Of a stretch of 64,000 nt of DNA, positions 22,801 to 33,516 are shown piece by piece. The stretch's first letter is position 1, and every line of letters starts with the position of its first letter. Under the pieces are notes generated by a model. It saw only the letters and a program-made list of their open reading frames with translations. It searched no databases and was not told the DNA's origin. The DNA comes from Asterias rubens. Its lineage: Eukaryota. A program made the position numbers and the translations under genes. The DNA is taken from positions 682,001 through 746,000 of the forward strand of contig NC_047064.1 in the NCBI RefSeq assembly GCF_902459465.1, written 5' to 3'.

Positions 22801-25800
22801 AATTTAGCTTTTTTAAATTTTGGCTGAGTCACTCAATGACATGAAGCTCCGACATTGCATCCATTTTTCCAATTAATTTTGATGAGTAGATTTTATCAAT
22901 CACATTAGAGCAGGAGTGTTGGTTTGTAAAGATTTTCTAAATCAAAACCTAATAAGAGAAACAGATTTATTTAATTTATATTACATGTAATTTGTTTCCA
23001 GCAGGACACTTGATTCTTATACCAAGGCAGTTTTCAAAGGGCACCTCGATTGGCAACCTAAAACTCTGCTGGTACATTTTGACAAGGGGCACCAAGGCAA
23101 TTATGGTGTCAAGTGCCTCCATTGCTTACTGTGAACAATCATGCCCCCTATAATCTTTAGACTCCAAGAATATTCACAAAAAGTGAAAAGTCTGACAGCA
23201 GGAAAAGGGCATGAATTAAATTTCATCATTCATAATCTTCAACTTAAGAGAAAAATTTGACACATTTTGTTTTAAGTGTCTAATTACTTAACTCAAGAAT
23301 ACCTTGACGATTCAATGTATTAGAGCCTGAAGCCTAAATTAATATAAAACCAGAAAGTATCCTCATAGAAGAAGTTTCAGCCAGGATTTGGTAAAAAGGT
23401 GTCCAAATTTGATGGAAATTTACAAAATGTCCAAACTATTGACTTACAATACACTACATGGAAAGAGATGATAAACGAGGCATCCAAGTAAAACAGGGTG
23501 TCAAAAAGACACCCAGACATCGCTCTGGTTAATACTATGTTTGTAGTAGAAGACTAGTTCACAAGTAAATGGTTGGGTTTTCTAATCCCCAATCTCCAGT
23601 TGGATTATGTAAAGACACGATTTTGTTTTTGAACTAAACTCAAAGAATGGGGTGATGATTCAAATCTAAGTCAATCTATGACTAGCGGGATGCCGCGCAA
23701 AGCACAGCATCCTGCTAGTCCATATAAAACCAGGTATCCAAACAGAAGACTACAACAAGAAAATGGCAATGTCTTCTAACATAAACTCAGATCATTCGGA
23801 ATGTCTTAAGACTTGGTTTAGTCTCCATCTCATCCCAAACCTTACCTGTACAACGACAACAACACTTCTGGGTCCTACCCCAGATATATTTCTTGAAATA
23901 TAACGGCCCTTCATCTGAATCACCATGGCAACCAAACTCTCCAGGCATAATGAAGAGAGTCAACTCTCGTAATCAACAGAAGAGAGTATGACTTGTCTCA
24001 ACAAAGACACAGCAGCGCTTTTAATCGATATCTCACTGACAAAGAGTCAATGAGGGGGAAACTGTTAAACAATGACAAGTCAGCGCCCCAATGATCATCG
24101 GATACTTAGCAACACATGCCACTTTCAAGAACTAATTACATAAATTAATTGCCACTGAGGGGTTCTTTATAGTAGCATCGAGGGTTAACAAATACTCTCA
24201 GCAATATCCAATCTAATCCCGCTGTATGAACATGTGACTAAACCTAACCAACCTGACTGGTTGGAGAACAGCAAAGATATCATGAAAGCGTTACAAGAAT
24301 CCTAGTGCAACACGGAGTACACTGCAATATCCATGGGGGGCTCTTGAAATTCAAAGCAGAGGGGCATGAGGGGCCTTTGTGATTAGAATGCTAAGCCTCA
24401 ATATTTGTACCTAGCTTGATTTTTTGTGTGAAGAATGACCACGTTTAGCAAGTTGACCTAATTTGCTTCATTCTCTAAATACATCGAACATTCTTTCAGC
24501 GTTGGTTTCTGTTGTCGAAGGTAACTTGATTGAGAACCTCTTAACCTTGTGCCGCTTAAATTCATAAACCGACATTTCTTTGCAGCAGAGATATTGAATT
24601 GAAAAGTATGTATATAGTTTCCTTTGTGTCATTCTGAACTACTGACAGGTGGACAGAGCAGGTGAGATCTAGGAGTCTTTGGTGGCATGTTTTCACAGGA
24701 CAGAAAAAGCACCCCAAACAAATAAGAACAAAACCTTGCGCTTACCAGAATAAGGTTAACAGCCCAAATACATTTGTGTATGGTTTCGTACTAATGTTTG
24801 GCTGAGCAGAAGTTTTAGAAGCAGTGTTTTACTTTCAAACAACTTTAGGAAAGCATGCCCAGATAGGCCTACATGTATGTTGGTGGATGGGCAGCTACAT
24901 GTAAAAGAGAGTTAAAATGTAAAATTAAAAGTAGGGCAATAGATTGGTCCAAAGATTATTAAAAACATGGTGAGAGGTACTGCCTCTGTTGATAGTTTTT
25001 AAAAACTACTTGATAAAGGATTCCGGTGGAAGTATTATAGGGTTTGGATAATTTGTCTCCCAAAACTTTAAATTTTAGAAATTACTTAGTTAAATGCAAG
25101 AATCATTTCTCAAATTTCTGAGGTTTGGTGTCCATTCGCATTCACCACCAGAGACGCAGATTGTACTCGCTGTAATGTGCCCAAACGTGGATAGACTCAA
25201 TGTTCATGTGAAAATACCATGCAAGATTTTTACTGTTTTCTTAGCAAGATAGACTGTATTCTTTGTTCAACCATGGAGGTCCTCCATGGTTCAACCCCAA
25301 AACACTGTATTCATCTGGAACTTTCACAGGTGACTTTCTGTACAATTTTGCCAATAAATATAACCATTATGTTAACAAAAACAACAATGACCCAACTTTA
25401 AGTCTATTCCAATCAGTTCACATCAATAAAATACATTTAATTGATTTGTAACTGTTGCAACTTTGCTGCGCAGTAAGCACAGGAAAGTTATGCTCTCCAG
25501 AAAAAAAGGTGTGTTGACAGGTTTAAATTGTCAACTGTGTACATAGAAATTAAAGTCATACTGCCTAGTGCATCATGGACAATAAACCATTGAAACAACC
25601 ATGGAGGTAGAAATAGATTTCTATTTCTACCTCCATGACACAACTAACCTGAACCCAAAACTTAACCACCCATACTGAGTAAGGTGTAAAAATCACACAG
25701 GTCTTTATAAATCATCGAGACATGAGGAATGTAATAAGAAGATCTCATTAATCTGATCAATAACCAGGATTGTTGGATAATAAATCACAGCCCTTTTAGC

Positions 25801-28419
25801 AGTAGTCCGTAAAATAGTATTGCAGTGAAAGAATAAAAGGTTGACAAATAACCCAATGCCTAGCTACTGCTGTATGGAGCATTTGTGTAGATACTGAGGG
25901 TTGTTTTGTTTGAACTGTTGCCCTTAAGTAATCAAAAGTTCAATAAGAATGGGTGCTAACCTTTGGCATAATCAGCTTGGTGTTGCCAACACAAACTCCC
26001 TAAATATACAATCTGTAAAGCAACCTACAGGTCAATCATACATGGCACCCAGTGTGTCCAAATGCTTCAGTTGATGTTCTCAAGCAAGGTGATTTATTTC
26101 AATTATACAATGCTACACATGGACTCGGGAGTATTGTTTAAAATGTATCAAGTAAAAGCCACAAGGGGAATGGACTGGGTAATTTTTTGGTTGAACAAAG
26201 AAAACTGGACTAGAGCAGGACATGAACTTGCAACCTCCCGATCAACATGCAAGCACTCTAATAATTGTGCTAGTTGGGGTGGTTTCCTTAATTTGTCAAT
26301 ATCCTGTACTGCAAATAGCCAGGAATCCCACCCAAGTTTATGATACAACCTGTGAAACTGCAGCAGGGGGATCACCTTTAAATGCATGTAGTATGAACAA
26401 ATTTATCTTTAATTTGTCCCTATGATAACAGTTCTTAGATAGGACATGCAACATGAGAAGTTATTGATAAAATCAATAAGTAACAGGATTAGCTAAAACA
26501 AACATGGTTGATATGTTTCTGGACACTAGGGTATCAAAATAGATCTGCTGGCATTGAGGACAGTTTTGAGAGGGAATCTTAATGAAAAAAATATCTGTAT
26601 GTGAAGCATTCTGTTCACCAGAATGTTTACATTCAGAAATGGTTTAAGTAAACACTTGTATACATTTTTTATGTATGAATATGGTATTGTCACATACAAA
26701 CAATTGTCTGTAGCAAGTGTTTCGTAAATGTATCTGATTTCATTTTAACAGCTCGGTCTTTTTTCTTGTAACAAATTAATAATTAACACTTTTTAGAACA
26801 TAATGAATAGGCCAAGATAAAAACAAATTGTTTTTGTTTTGTTGACATCTTCATTATGTGGGATGATGGAGGACTAAGGTGTGTACTAAATGACACAATT
26901 TTTGTTTCTATATAGCTGACCAATTGAAAACTAAAGTCAGTTAATCTGTTAGTTTCTTTAGTTAATCTGTTAGTTTCTTTAGTTAATTTGTTAGTTTCTT
27001 TAGTTAATCTGTTAGTTTCTTTGGCTATTATTTAGGCATGTAAATAGAAGTGATACATTTTTCTTTGGTCAACTTTGTCTTATATTTACTTCAAAGCCAT
27101 AAGAAAAGCAATATTGGTGTGAACCAAAAAAAAATTGGTGTGAAACTATCAATTTAACATGGGAATTGTTGACATTACAAGAAAAAGACTGTCGATCTCA
27201 CAATGCGCAGTGCCTCTACCCTTTTTTTGACATTTGTTTTGCTTGCACTTTGACTCCCAAAATTGTAAACAGGATAGTTAGTGATAACTGCACTTAGCAT
27301 CATAAAATGGGTCAATTGTTTTTAGTCCACAATCTAAGTGACCAGTGAGTCTGTTTTCTACAGACAGAAAGTTTCTCAAAATTTGATATTTGGAACTATT
27401 ATTTGCCCAGGGCTCAAGATGTTGGCTGTCGTTTGCTATAGTTGTTTTGGATTCGATTTTTCTGTTTTGTTTTGTTTTTTTGCCTATTATAGTTACTTGT
27501 TAAAACTTACAGTGTACTGCAGTTTTGCAATAGACCACCATTGATATTTTTAACCAAAGTTCTTGTCTGTGTTTTTTTTAACTTGCCCTATAAACAATTG
27601 TATCTTGGACTTGGACAACCACTAAAAGAGCTTTTCAACCCTACTAATAATTTTTTTTTAAATCCCACATTCTCTTTTCAAAGATTAACAAAGCATTAAT
27701 CATAACCCAAGTTTTGCAATTTTGTCAACAACAAAAATGCTAAAATGGCAAACTTATCTTACCTCTGGTTCTTTTCCAAAATTGCAACTTCTTTCAAGAA
27801 GAAATCATTTTATTATCTCCTATTTTTTCTCACTTCACACGGTTCCATGAACCAAAGCTTCAAATCTACTTTTTATCACAAAATACTTACTTGCATGACC
27901 AGTTGCCCAACCAGGAGTTGACTTATTAGCACCGTAGTTCATCTTCTTAAATTTCTCAAAGGATGCACAAACGTACGATTCTCCGTCTTTCAAGTTCTCG
28001 ATATCCGTGATAGATACACCAGTGTCTGGTTGATAAATCTTTCTCACTCCATAAGGGAGGGACATGTGTTTTGTTAACTCACTCAAGAGGGTTTCAAACG
28101 TCTGGAATCGATTTGGAGTTATCCGTAACCGTTTCCCCCGGAAGTAACGGTCGCCATTCCTGTAGAAGAGAAGCTGCCTTGGTCTGCGCAAGTCTTGATA
28201 TTGCTCCTCTGTGATGTCTTTATGCTGTTGCGAGACACTGACATCCGAGTTGCGACTAGCCACCAGCATGGTGTTGTCCTCTTGAGCTTGAACAAGTTTC
28301 TTGCGAGCTCTTGCTGCTGGGGCTGGGGGGACATCTGAGTTGTTGAAGGGGTAGGCAAGAAGGGTGTCGTTGGCGTTGGTGTTCATACGTCTTGCTGAGT
28401 TTTTACGAACGCGTCCCAT
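13673..28419 (-). CDS. DCLK3: Doublecortin-like Ser/Thr kinase, DCLK3 type (902 aa; DCX1-DCX2-ER/K helix-kinase)
   Basis: Coding exons (minus): 28419-27891, 20226-18560, 16362-16230, 15858-15691, 13884-13673. All introns are GT-AG with phases 1,0,1,1, consistent throughout. DCX1: [15 protein letters not shown]...[14 protein letters not shown]2: [59 protein letters not shown], which resembles the vertebrate DCLK3 DCX domain as I recall it. Kinase motifs: [61 protein letters not shown]; TAG at 13673-13675. Confidence 0.92.
15691..15858 (-). CDS. DCLK3: DCLK3 kinase exon (subdomains IX-X)
   Basis: [56 protein letters not shown]; acceptor ctttccAG, donor GTAAGT. Confidence 0.93.
16230..16362 (-). 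CDS. DCLK3: DCLK3 kinase exon (DFG to APE)
   Basis: [44 protein letters not shown]; AG/GT sites in frame. Confidence 0.95.
18560..20226 (-). CDS. DCLK3: DCLK3 large exon (DCX2, charged helix, kinase N-lobe to HRD)
   Basis: The ORF 18551-20089 frame extends upstream to the acceptor cttgtacAG at 20227-20228; donor GTAAGT at 18559. Confidence 0.95.
20885..20940. promoter_or_regulatory. RFX X-box-like cluster in DCLK3 intron
   Basis: GTTGCCCTTAGTAAC at 20912-20926 fits GTNRCC-N(0-3)-RGYAAC; flanking half-sites are caccatgacaac and ccatagcaac. Confidence 0.45.
22724..22737. promoter_or_regulatory. RFX X-box-like site
   Basis: GTTTCCATGGTTAC (reverse GTAACCATGGAAAC), a close match to the palindromic X-box. 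Confidence 0.45.
23846..23948 (-). CDS. DCLK3: Candidate alternative first coding exon of DCLK3 ([34 protein letters not shown])
   Basis: ATG at 23948 with an in-frame TGA upstream, 34 open codons plus 1 nt, then a strong donor CAG|GTAAGG at 23845. Phase 1 matches the acceptor at 20226 and would give a 760-aa isoform. Confidence 0.6.
25272..25288. mobile_element. 17-bp palindromic TIR remnant with 7-bp target duplication (P-superfamily-like footprint)
   Basis: GTTCAAC-CATGGAGGTCCTCCATG-GTTCAAC, inserted in a family C tail whose empty form ctttgttcaaccccaaaa is seen at 10751 and about 32192. Confidence 0.7.
25600..25637. mobile_element. 38-bp palindromic TIR remnant with 7-bp target duplication (P-superfamily-like footprint)
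   Basis: AAACAAC-CATGGAGGTAGAAATAGA-TT-TCTATTTCTACCTCCATG-ACACAAC: perfect 18-bp arms, 6/7 target duplication match. Confidence 0.7.
26185..26380 (-). repeat. Diverged copy of tRNA-containing repeat family C
   Basis: ttggttgaacaaagaa...gactagagcagga...ttgtcaatatc...cacccaagtttatgatacaacctgtgaaactgcagcagggggatcacc aligns to 10508-10740. Confidence 0.65.
26940..27022. repeat. 21-bp tandem repeat (gttaatctgttagtttcttta) x4
   Basis: Four direct copies with one substitution. Confidence 0.93.
27891..28419 (-). CDS. DCLK3: DCLK3 first coding exon (N-terminal DCX domain)
   Basis: ORF 27835-28419; donor GCAA|GTAAGT at 27890; the acceptor for its 5'UTR part is at 28479-28480. Confidence 0.9.
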
Positions 28420-28666
28420 AATTTAATAACATCCTCTCCCAGTGTTGGGGTGTCATTTTGGTTGCAATTCAGTGTTATCTACAATTAAAAAAAATTAAAA
28501 AAATTCATTAAGCATTTTTTCAAACAAAATTTTAAAAGTTACCATTGTTGATGTGAAGACACTCCACTAACACGCTAACACTTATCCACTACTCTTAATA
28601 ATTACTTCCATAAAAAAAAATCACATCAATTAGATTTTGTTTTAATAAACGAAAAGATCAAACAAT

Positions 28667-29055
28667 TTAAAGCAATCGCACAAACAAGCAACATCGGTAA
28701 ACAGTTTTGTCCAAAGGCCCGCACTTTGTTTATCAAAACTTATACATAAATAAACAAACCAGAGAAAATTTAGGTTCAATCGCAATCGTTCATCGGAGTC
28801 AGGAGAAAATAACGGGAAAACTCACTCTTGTTCTGCACATTTCGCCATGTCATGACATGTGTTTAAAATAAATCTGGTATTCTCGATATCGAGAATTTAT
28901 AATTGTTGTAATGTTTTCTCAAAAAGTAAAGCATTTCATGGAATAATATTTTAAGGGAAGTCTGTCACCATAACTTCCGTAAACCCTTTAAAGTTATTTG
29001 TAAATCTGTGAACTTTTAATTTTTGTTCTGTTCAGAGAGTGTCCAATGGCTTTAA
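28667..29055 (+). mobile_element. Kolobok-type MITE, family A (diverged)
   Basis: The body matches 3556-3926; the right end is gtccaatggctTTAA. Confidence 0.8.
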
Positions 29056-29296
29056 ATCTTTCTTTTTTTAAGTAATTACTGATTTTTTTAAAATAGCAAA
29101 TTAAAAAGTAATTTAAAAAAAAATTTGTTATTTTATTTATTTATTATTGTTTGTAGACCTAATAGTAATATATATATATTACTAGCCTAATTTATTTTAT
29201 ACATATTTTATTTTCAGCGTTGAAATTTCATCGTAAAAGTATTTATAAACAAAATACAGAAATTTGATATTGTTAAGTTATGGCCACAGGAAGTAA

Positions 29297-29830
29297 TCTC
29301 CATGGAAAACGAACTTACGAACTACAGCCTTTGTCAGCAGAAAGTGAGCAAGCAACTTGATGCCAGTTCGTGGGCATTGTGGGCCCGTGGAGACGGCGAA
29401 AGAACAACGTCCACGGGTTGGCTTGTTCGTTCGGACCTCGGACATGTCGGAGGTAGAAATACCTCCATGCTCGGACTCTTTTCATCAACACTCCTCCCAT
29501 TTATAATCACTTACAATTCTACAAATAAAATCATACATACCTCGATGTTTTATTGCGGCAAATGTCACATTTTTATCGAACTTCTCGTCACATTATTTCT
29601 AAATTTGACTGTCATTAATAATTTAAGAACACTTCGCGCAAGGAAAGGCTCAGCACTAAGTTGTGTATCCATGAAAATGTCCATCGCGATTACAAGCAGT
29701 CTGGTATCCACTAAGTATGCTATTACTCGCGCATGGGATGACCACGGAGCCTGACTAGATAAATCTGTCAATCAATTAATGACGTCATGGGTTTGCGGCT
29801 GTGGTAGTTGTTACCAAGTTACTGTGCTGG
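29297..29830 (-). promoter_or_regulatory. Putative DCLK3 non-coding first exon and promoter
   Basis: Minus-strand donor GTAAGTT at 29318; CpG-richer block at 29320-29760; full CRE palindrome TGACGTCA at 29780-29787; X-box-like ATCTCCATGGAAAAC at 29297-29311. Confidence 0.5.
29443..29469. mobile_element. 27-bp TIR remnant with 6-bp target duplication (P-superfamily-like footprint)
   Basis: CTCGGA-CATG(tcg)GAGGTAGAAAT-ACCTCCATG-CTCGGA; same arm sequence as 25600-25637. Confidence 0.6.
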
Positions 29831-30980
29831 ATGGTGTAAACAATAATAGTTGGGGATTTCTTTGGGCTTACGTGATCATCTATCTTCTGTTTATTCAAGC
29901 GTGACTTATCCATCACAGTTCGGTCGTGAAAAACTTTGAAAATATGGGGGTTTTCTTGATTTTTTTGTTGTAAAAACGAGTTCTACATAACTTGTCAAGT
30001 GTTTTAATCCCTAACATGTTATAAAAAGAGATCGGTTATTTTTGCGTTCATGCTCCAATTTGCAATCGGCTTTGTTCACAAGCCGCCGATGAATGCAACT
30101 GTATTATTATTAAAGGGTTTAGTGAAGCTACACGATATCCAGTGAGTTTATACACCTACATTACAGGAATATGAAAATGAAAATTCCATGCTAAGGTGTA
30201 ATTAACAATCTTATCGATAAAAAAAAACTTATAGCTTTACAAAACAAATTGTGTTGTAGGCCTAAACGGCACAATTATATTTATAATTCGTCACAATTTT
30301 AAAACTACACAATTTTAGCTGACAAGCACAACAGATCAATATTATTTTTGGCCGGTTGCGTGAATAAAGGTTGTGCATTTACATAACAACTATTTCAACA
30401 TTTAAAAATATAAAACAAAACAGCCCTTTCCACGTAAAAAAAAAGAAAACATTTTTTTTTCAAGTCTTCAATGATAGTTTTTTTCAACAAACTCTTCATA
30501 TGAAACATTTTGTTGTTTTTTAATATGTATTCTTTGAACGCTGCAAAATAGCGGATCGGTCTCGTGTTCCACTTTTTTGGACGAAAACATAATAATTATG
30601 TAGATTACCTTTTTCGACTGCTTTAAAACATTTCTGTTATAGCAAAGAAAGTAGGACTTCAAATTTCCCCGGGCCCCGTAATACGCGCTTTGCCATATTT
30701 GATTTTAAATGTAAATTGATAATGAATGAATGAATGCGCCAGGGGAATGAAGATTTCCAAAGACTCGTAAAAGCACCCCCTCCCCCTATATTCCTTAATA
30801 AGCAAAACACAACCACTGTCCCACCCGTCACCCTGCTCATTGGAGGAGAGACAGCGACCAATGTCTGAAAAAGACGGATGGATGCTTCTCTTTTGGACTC
30901 GAGCGCTGGAATTTGTATACAAATATTGGGGTACAGAGTCTCCGGCGTGCATCTCCCTGCCACACCAGGTCTGAAAAAAC

Positions 30981-30999
30981 GTCAACAGAGGGCGCAGTA
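30981..30999 (+). promoter_or_regulatory. CTCF-like motif between DCLK3 and RAMAC
   Basis: GTCAACAGAGGGCGCAGTA resembles the CTCF core CCACCAGRGGGCGC. Confidence 0.35.
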
Positions 31000-31999
31000 G
31001 CTTATTAGCAGTATCAAGTGACACGGCCTAACTATCCATTGCTAAATGCTAATAATTAATATTCAATAATACTATTTTTTTTAAACTAAACTAAACAAAA
31101 AAATGTTAGTTGAGACCATAGAGCAACTTCCTTGCTCTTTGTTGAAACAAAAAAAAGCAAATGTTCGGATAACTAAACAATTTCTATTTTGTTCCTTTTT
31201 TGGAGTGTTTACAAAGTATCCCAGAAAAACACCCAATGTGTTTTTTGCTCTACCTGACTTGCTGCCAGTTTTCATGAAACACTCCTCCACTTATTTTTGT
31301 TGAGAATAACTTTTACCTTAAATTATTACCGTGAATTGGTCAGCACTTAGGGATGTTGGGTTGTCTATTGGTGTGATGGTTACAATCGTCACAACTAGGT
31401 TAATATTTTTTGTTATAAATATATGCAAATAAATTGCTATTTTTCTTATACTTTGTATGGCCAAACTGTAAATAATTATATAAAACGGCAGTTTATTATA
31501 CTATTTCTAATAACGATCAACTAAGTTGTGTTTGAAGCGTTGCTGCTGTTGCATGTTGTTGAAAATCAGAAGTACCTATAACTAGTTAATTTGCAGCGAC
31601 AACCATGAGTCAATCAATGAGCAGAATATACTGTTTGGAAATGTTGGAACCACACTGCACTTTTCAAAGCCATTATTCATCCCAAAGGAGATTTAGTTGT
31701 AACAGCAAGTTATTTCTGAATAAGCTTATTAAAAATGAAAATCTAAACAATGTTGTTTTGCTTTCTTACAGACAGAATTTTATTATCCAAATATGTTTCA
31801 TGAAATCAATATTAACATAATTTTAAAATCTTTTCACATCCATTTTGTTTCATTATTTTGTTATATCAAAACTGGCAAAGAATAAAACACAAACAGAATA
31901 AAGATATTGACAAACTAGGGAGACCACAAACTTGTCTTAGTTCAACCCTTAATCATTCTAAATTAACCCGTTTAGTTTCCCAATCAAAGTTTAGATGGT

Positions 32000-32245
32000 G
32001 ATCCCCTTACCACTTGGGTGTGATCCTTGATACAATGCAGTTAACAATCATTATGGCTTCTGACTGGCACTACAGAACAAAGATATTGTCAAAATAGGGA
32101 GGCCACCAACATAGGGCTAGATAGCTTAGTCGATAGTGTGCCAGTACAGTCGCCCAGAGGACGACGGTTCAAATCCCTCTAGTAAATTTCTCTTTGTTCA
32201 ACCCCAAAAAATTAATAATTTTACTAAATCAGTTTCCCTTGTGGT
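32000..32245 (+). repeat. Copy of tRNA-containing repeat family C
   Basis: ggtgatcccc...gggtgtgatcc...tatggcttctgactggcac...aacaaagatattgtcaaaataggga...atagggctagatagcttagt...ggttcaaatcc...tctttgttcaacccc. Confidence 0.75.
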
Positions 32246-33084
32246 TGATTTTGTTGGTGTTTAAAGTTAAGATCACTCACATAGAAAAAGTATACTTTCT
32301 TCAACAAAAAATCCTTTGTAACCCCACCCTCTCAAAAAAAAAAAAAAAATAAAGAAAACGTTCTTTGTGATTGCTTTCAGACTACCTGTATGACACCGAT
32401 ACACAGTCTGATAATACTTAATGTTATAAGCCATTTGCAAGTTATATTTGAATAACGCCTGGTGCAATTACTTGCGTGTTCACTGGTATATGCTACAGTT
32501 GAATTTGTCAGACTAAACATTGCTACATCATTATCCTTTAAAGCACCCAAACAAATGCAATGACAAAATGCTTTGGGGATTTGTAAACAAAGGCCCCAGG
32601 AATTTGTAAACAAGGGCTCGGGTGTGAAGCATTTTAACAACTGATAGTCAGACAACTGAAGTTTTTTTCCTGTTTGTTTAAGCTGATACTAAAATAGACG
32701 ATACAAAAATGAAAATATTTGAATACAAATAGTTATTAACTACTTAGTGTGAATTTGTGGGGGTGTTCCACCGGTTACGAAAGCTTACAGCTAACAATGC
32801 GACATAGCAATAGTCTGACAAATTCAAATTGAGCATCACATGAGACAAAGTAAGGCATCATTCAAATCTAACTTTAGGCCGTGTCCAAATTAACAGCTTT
32901 GGGTGTGGCATCAGCGGCATTGCTGAAAACAATGTCGCTTTAGCAACAGCCACAGCCATAGCCATTGAGCTGGACAAAGCCTTCCCTGAAACCAAATGGT
33001 TTATTCTTAGGTCCAATTTCATAGAGCTACTTAAATATTTGAACTTGATTTTGAGAACTCAGAATTAGAATTAAAAGGTCCCAA

Positions 33085-33273
33085 AATCAAGCATCTGAAA
33101 GCACACAACTTCGTGTGACAAGGGTGTTATTCTTCCATTATTATCTCACAACTTCAACAACCAATTGAGTTCAAATTTTCACAGGTTTGTTAGTTTGTGC
33201 ATATATAATGTTGAGATACACCAAGTGAGAATACAGATCTTCGAAAATTACCAAAGGTGTCCTTTGTCTTTAA
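33085..33273 (+). mobile_element. Kolobok-type MITE family B, 3' part
   Basis: aagcacacaacttcgtgtgacaagggtgtt...gagatacaccaagtgagaa...aattaccaaaggtgtcctttgtctTTAA. Confidence 0.75.
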
Positions 33274-33516
33274 GCAGGAAATATTGCTTAATAATGTTCT
33301 GCTAAGCAGACTGATCTTTGACACGAACCAAAGGTGGCCAGTGTCTTTAAGCAGGAAATATTGTTAACAATGTTCTGCTAAGCAGAAATGATAGTATACC
33401 AGTCATAAATGGAACATGCGAAATGGTATTTTGGCTGGTAACCTTATCCTAGTAAGGATAATTACTTTGTGCTTAGTAACTTTTTGTGCTTGAGCAGCTG
33501 GACTATAAATCTGAAA

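Noticed and set aside
23681-23719. 13-bp-arm hairpin ACTAGCGGGATGC...GCATCCTGCTAGT downstream of the alternative exon
   Set aside because: Single short hairpin with no further support; probably a repeat relic.
29302-29754. 150-aa plus-strand ORF and small minus ORFs at the DCLK3 5' end
   Set aside because: No recognisable motif; better explained as a GC-richer promoter and 5'UTR exon.
30637-31024. Overlapping 108-aa and 121-aa ORFs
   Set aside because: No homology cues or splice signals; likely a by-product of locally higher GC.
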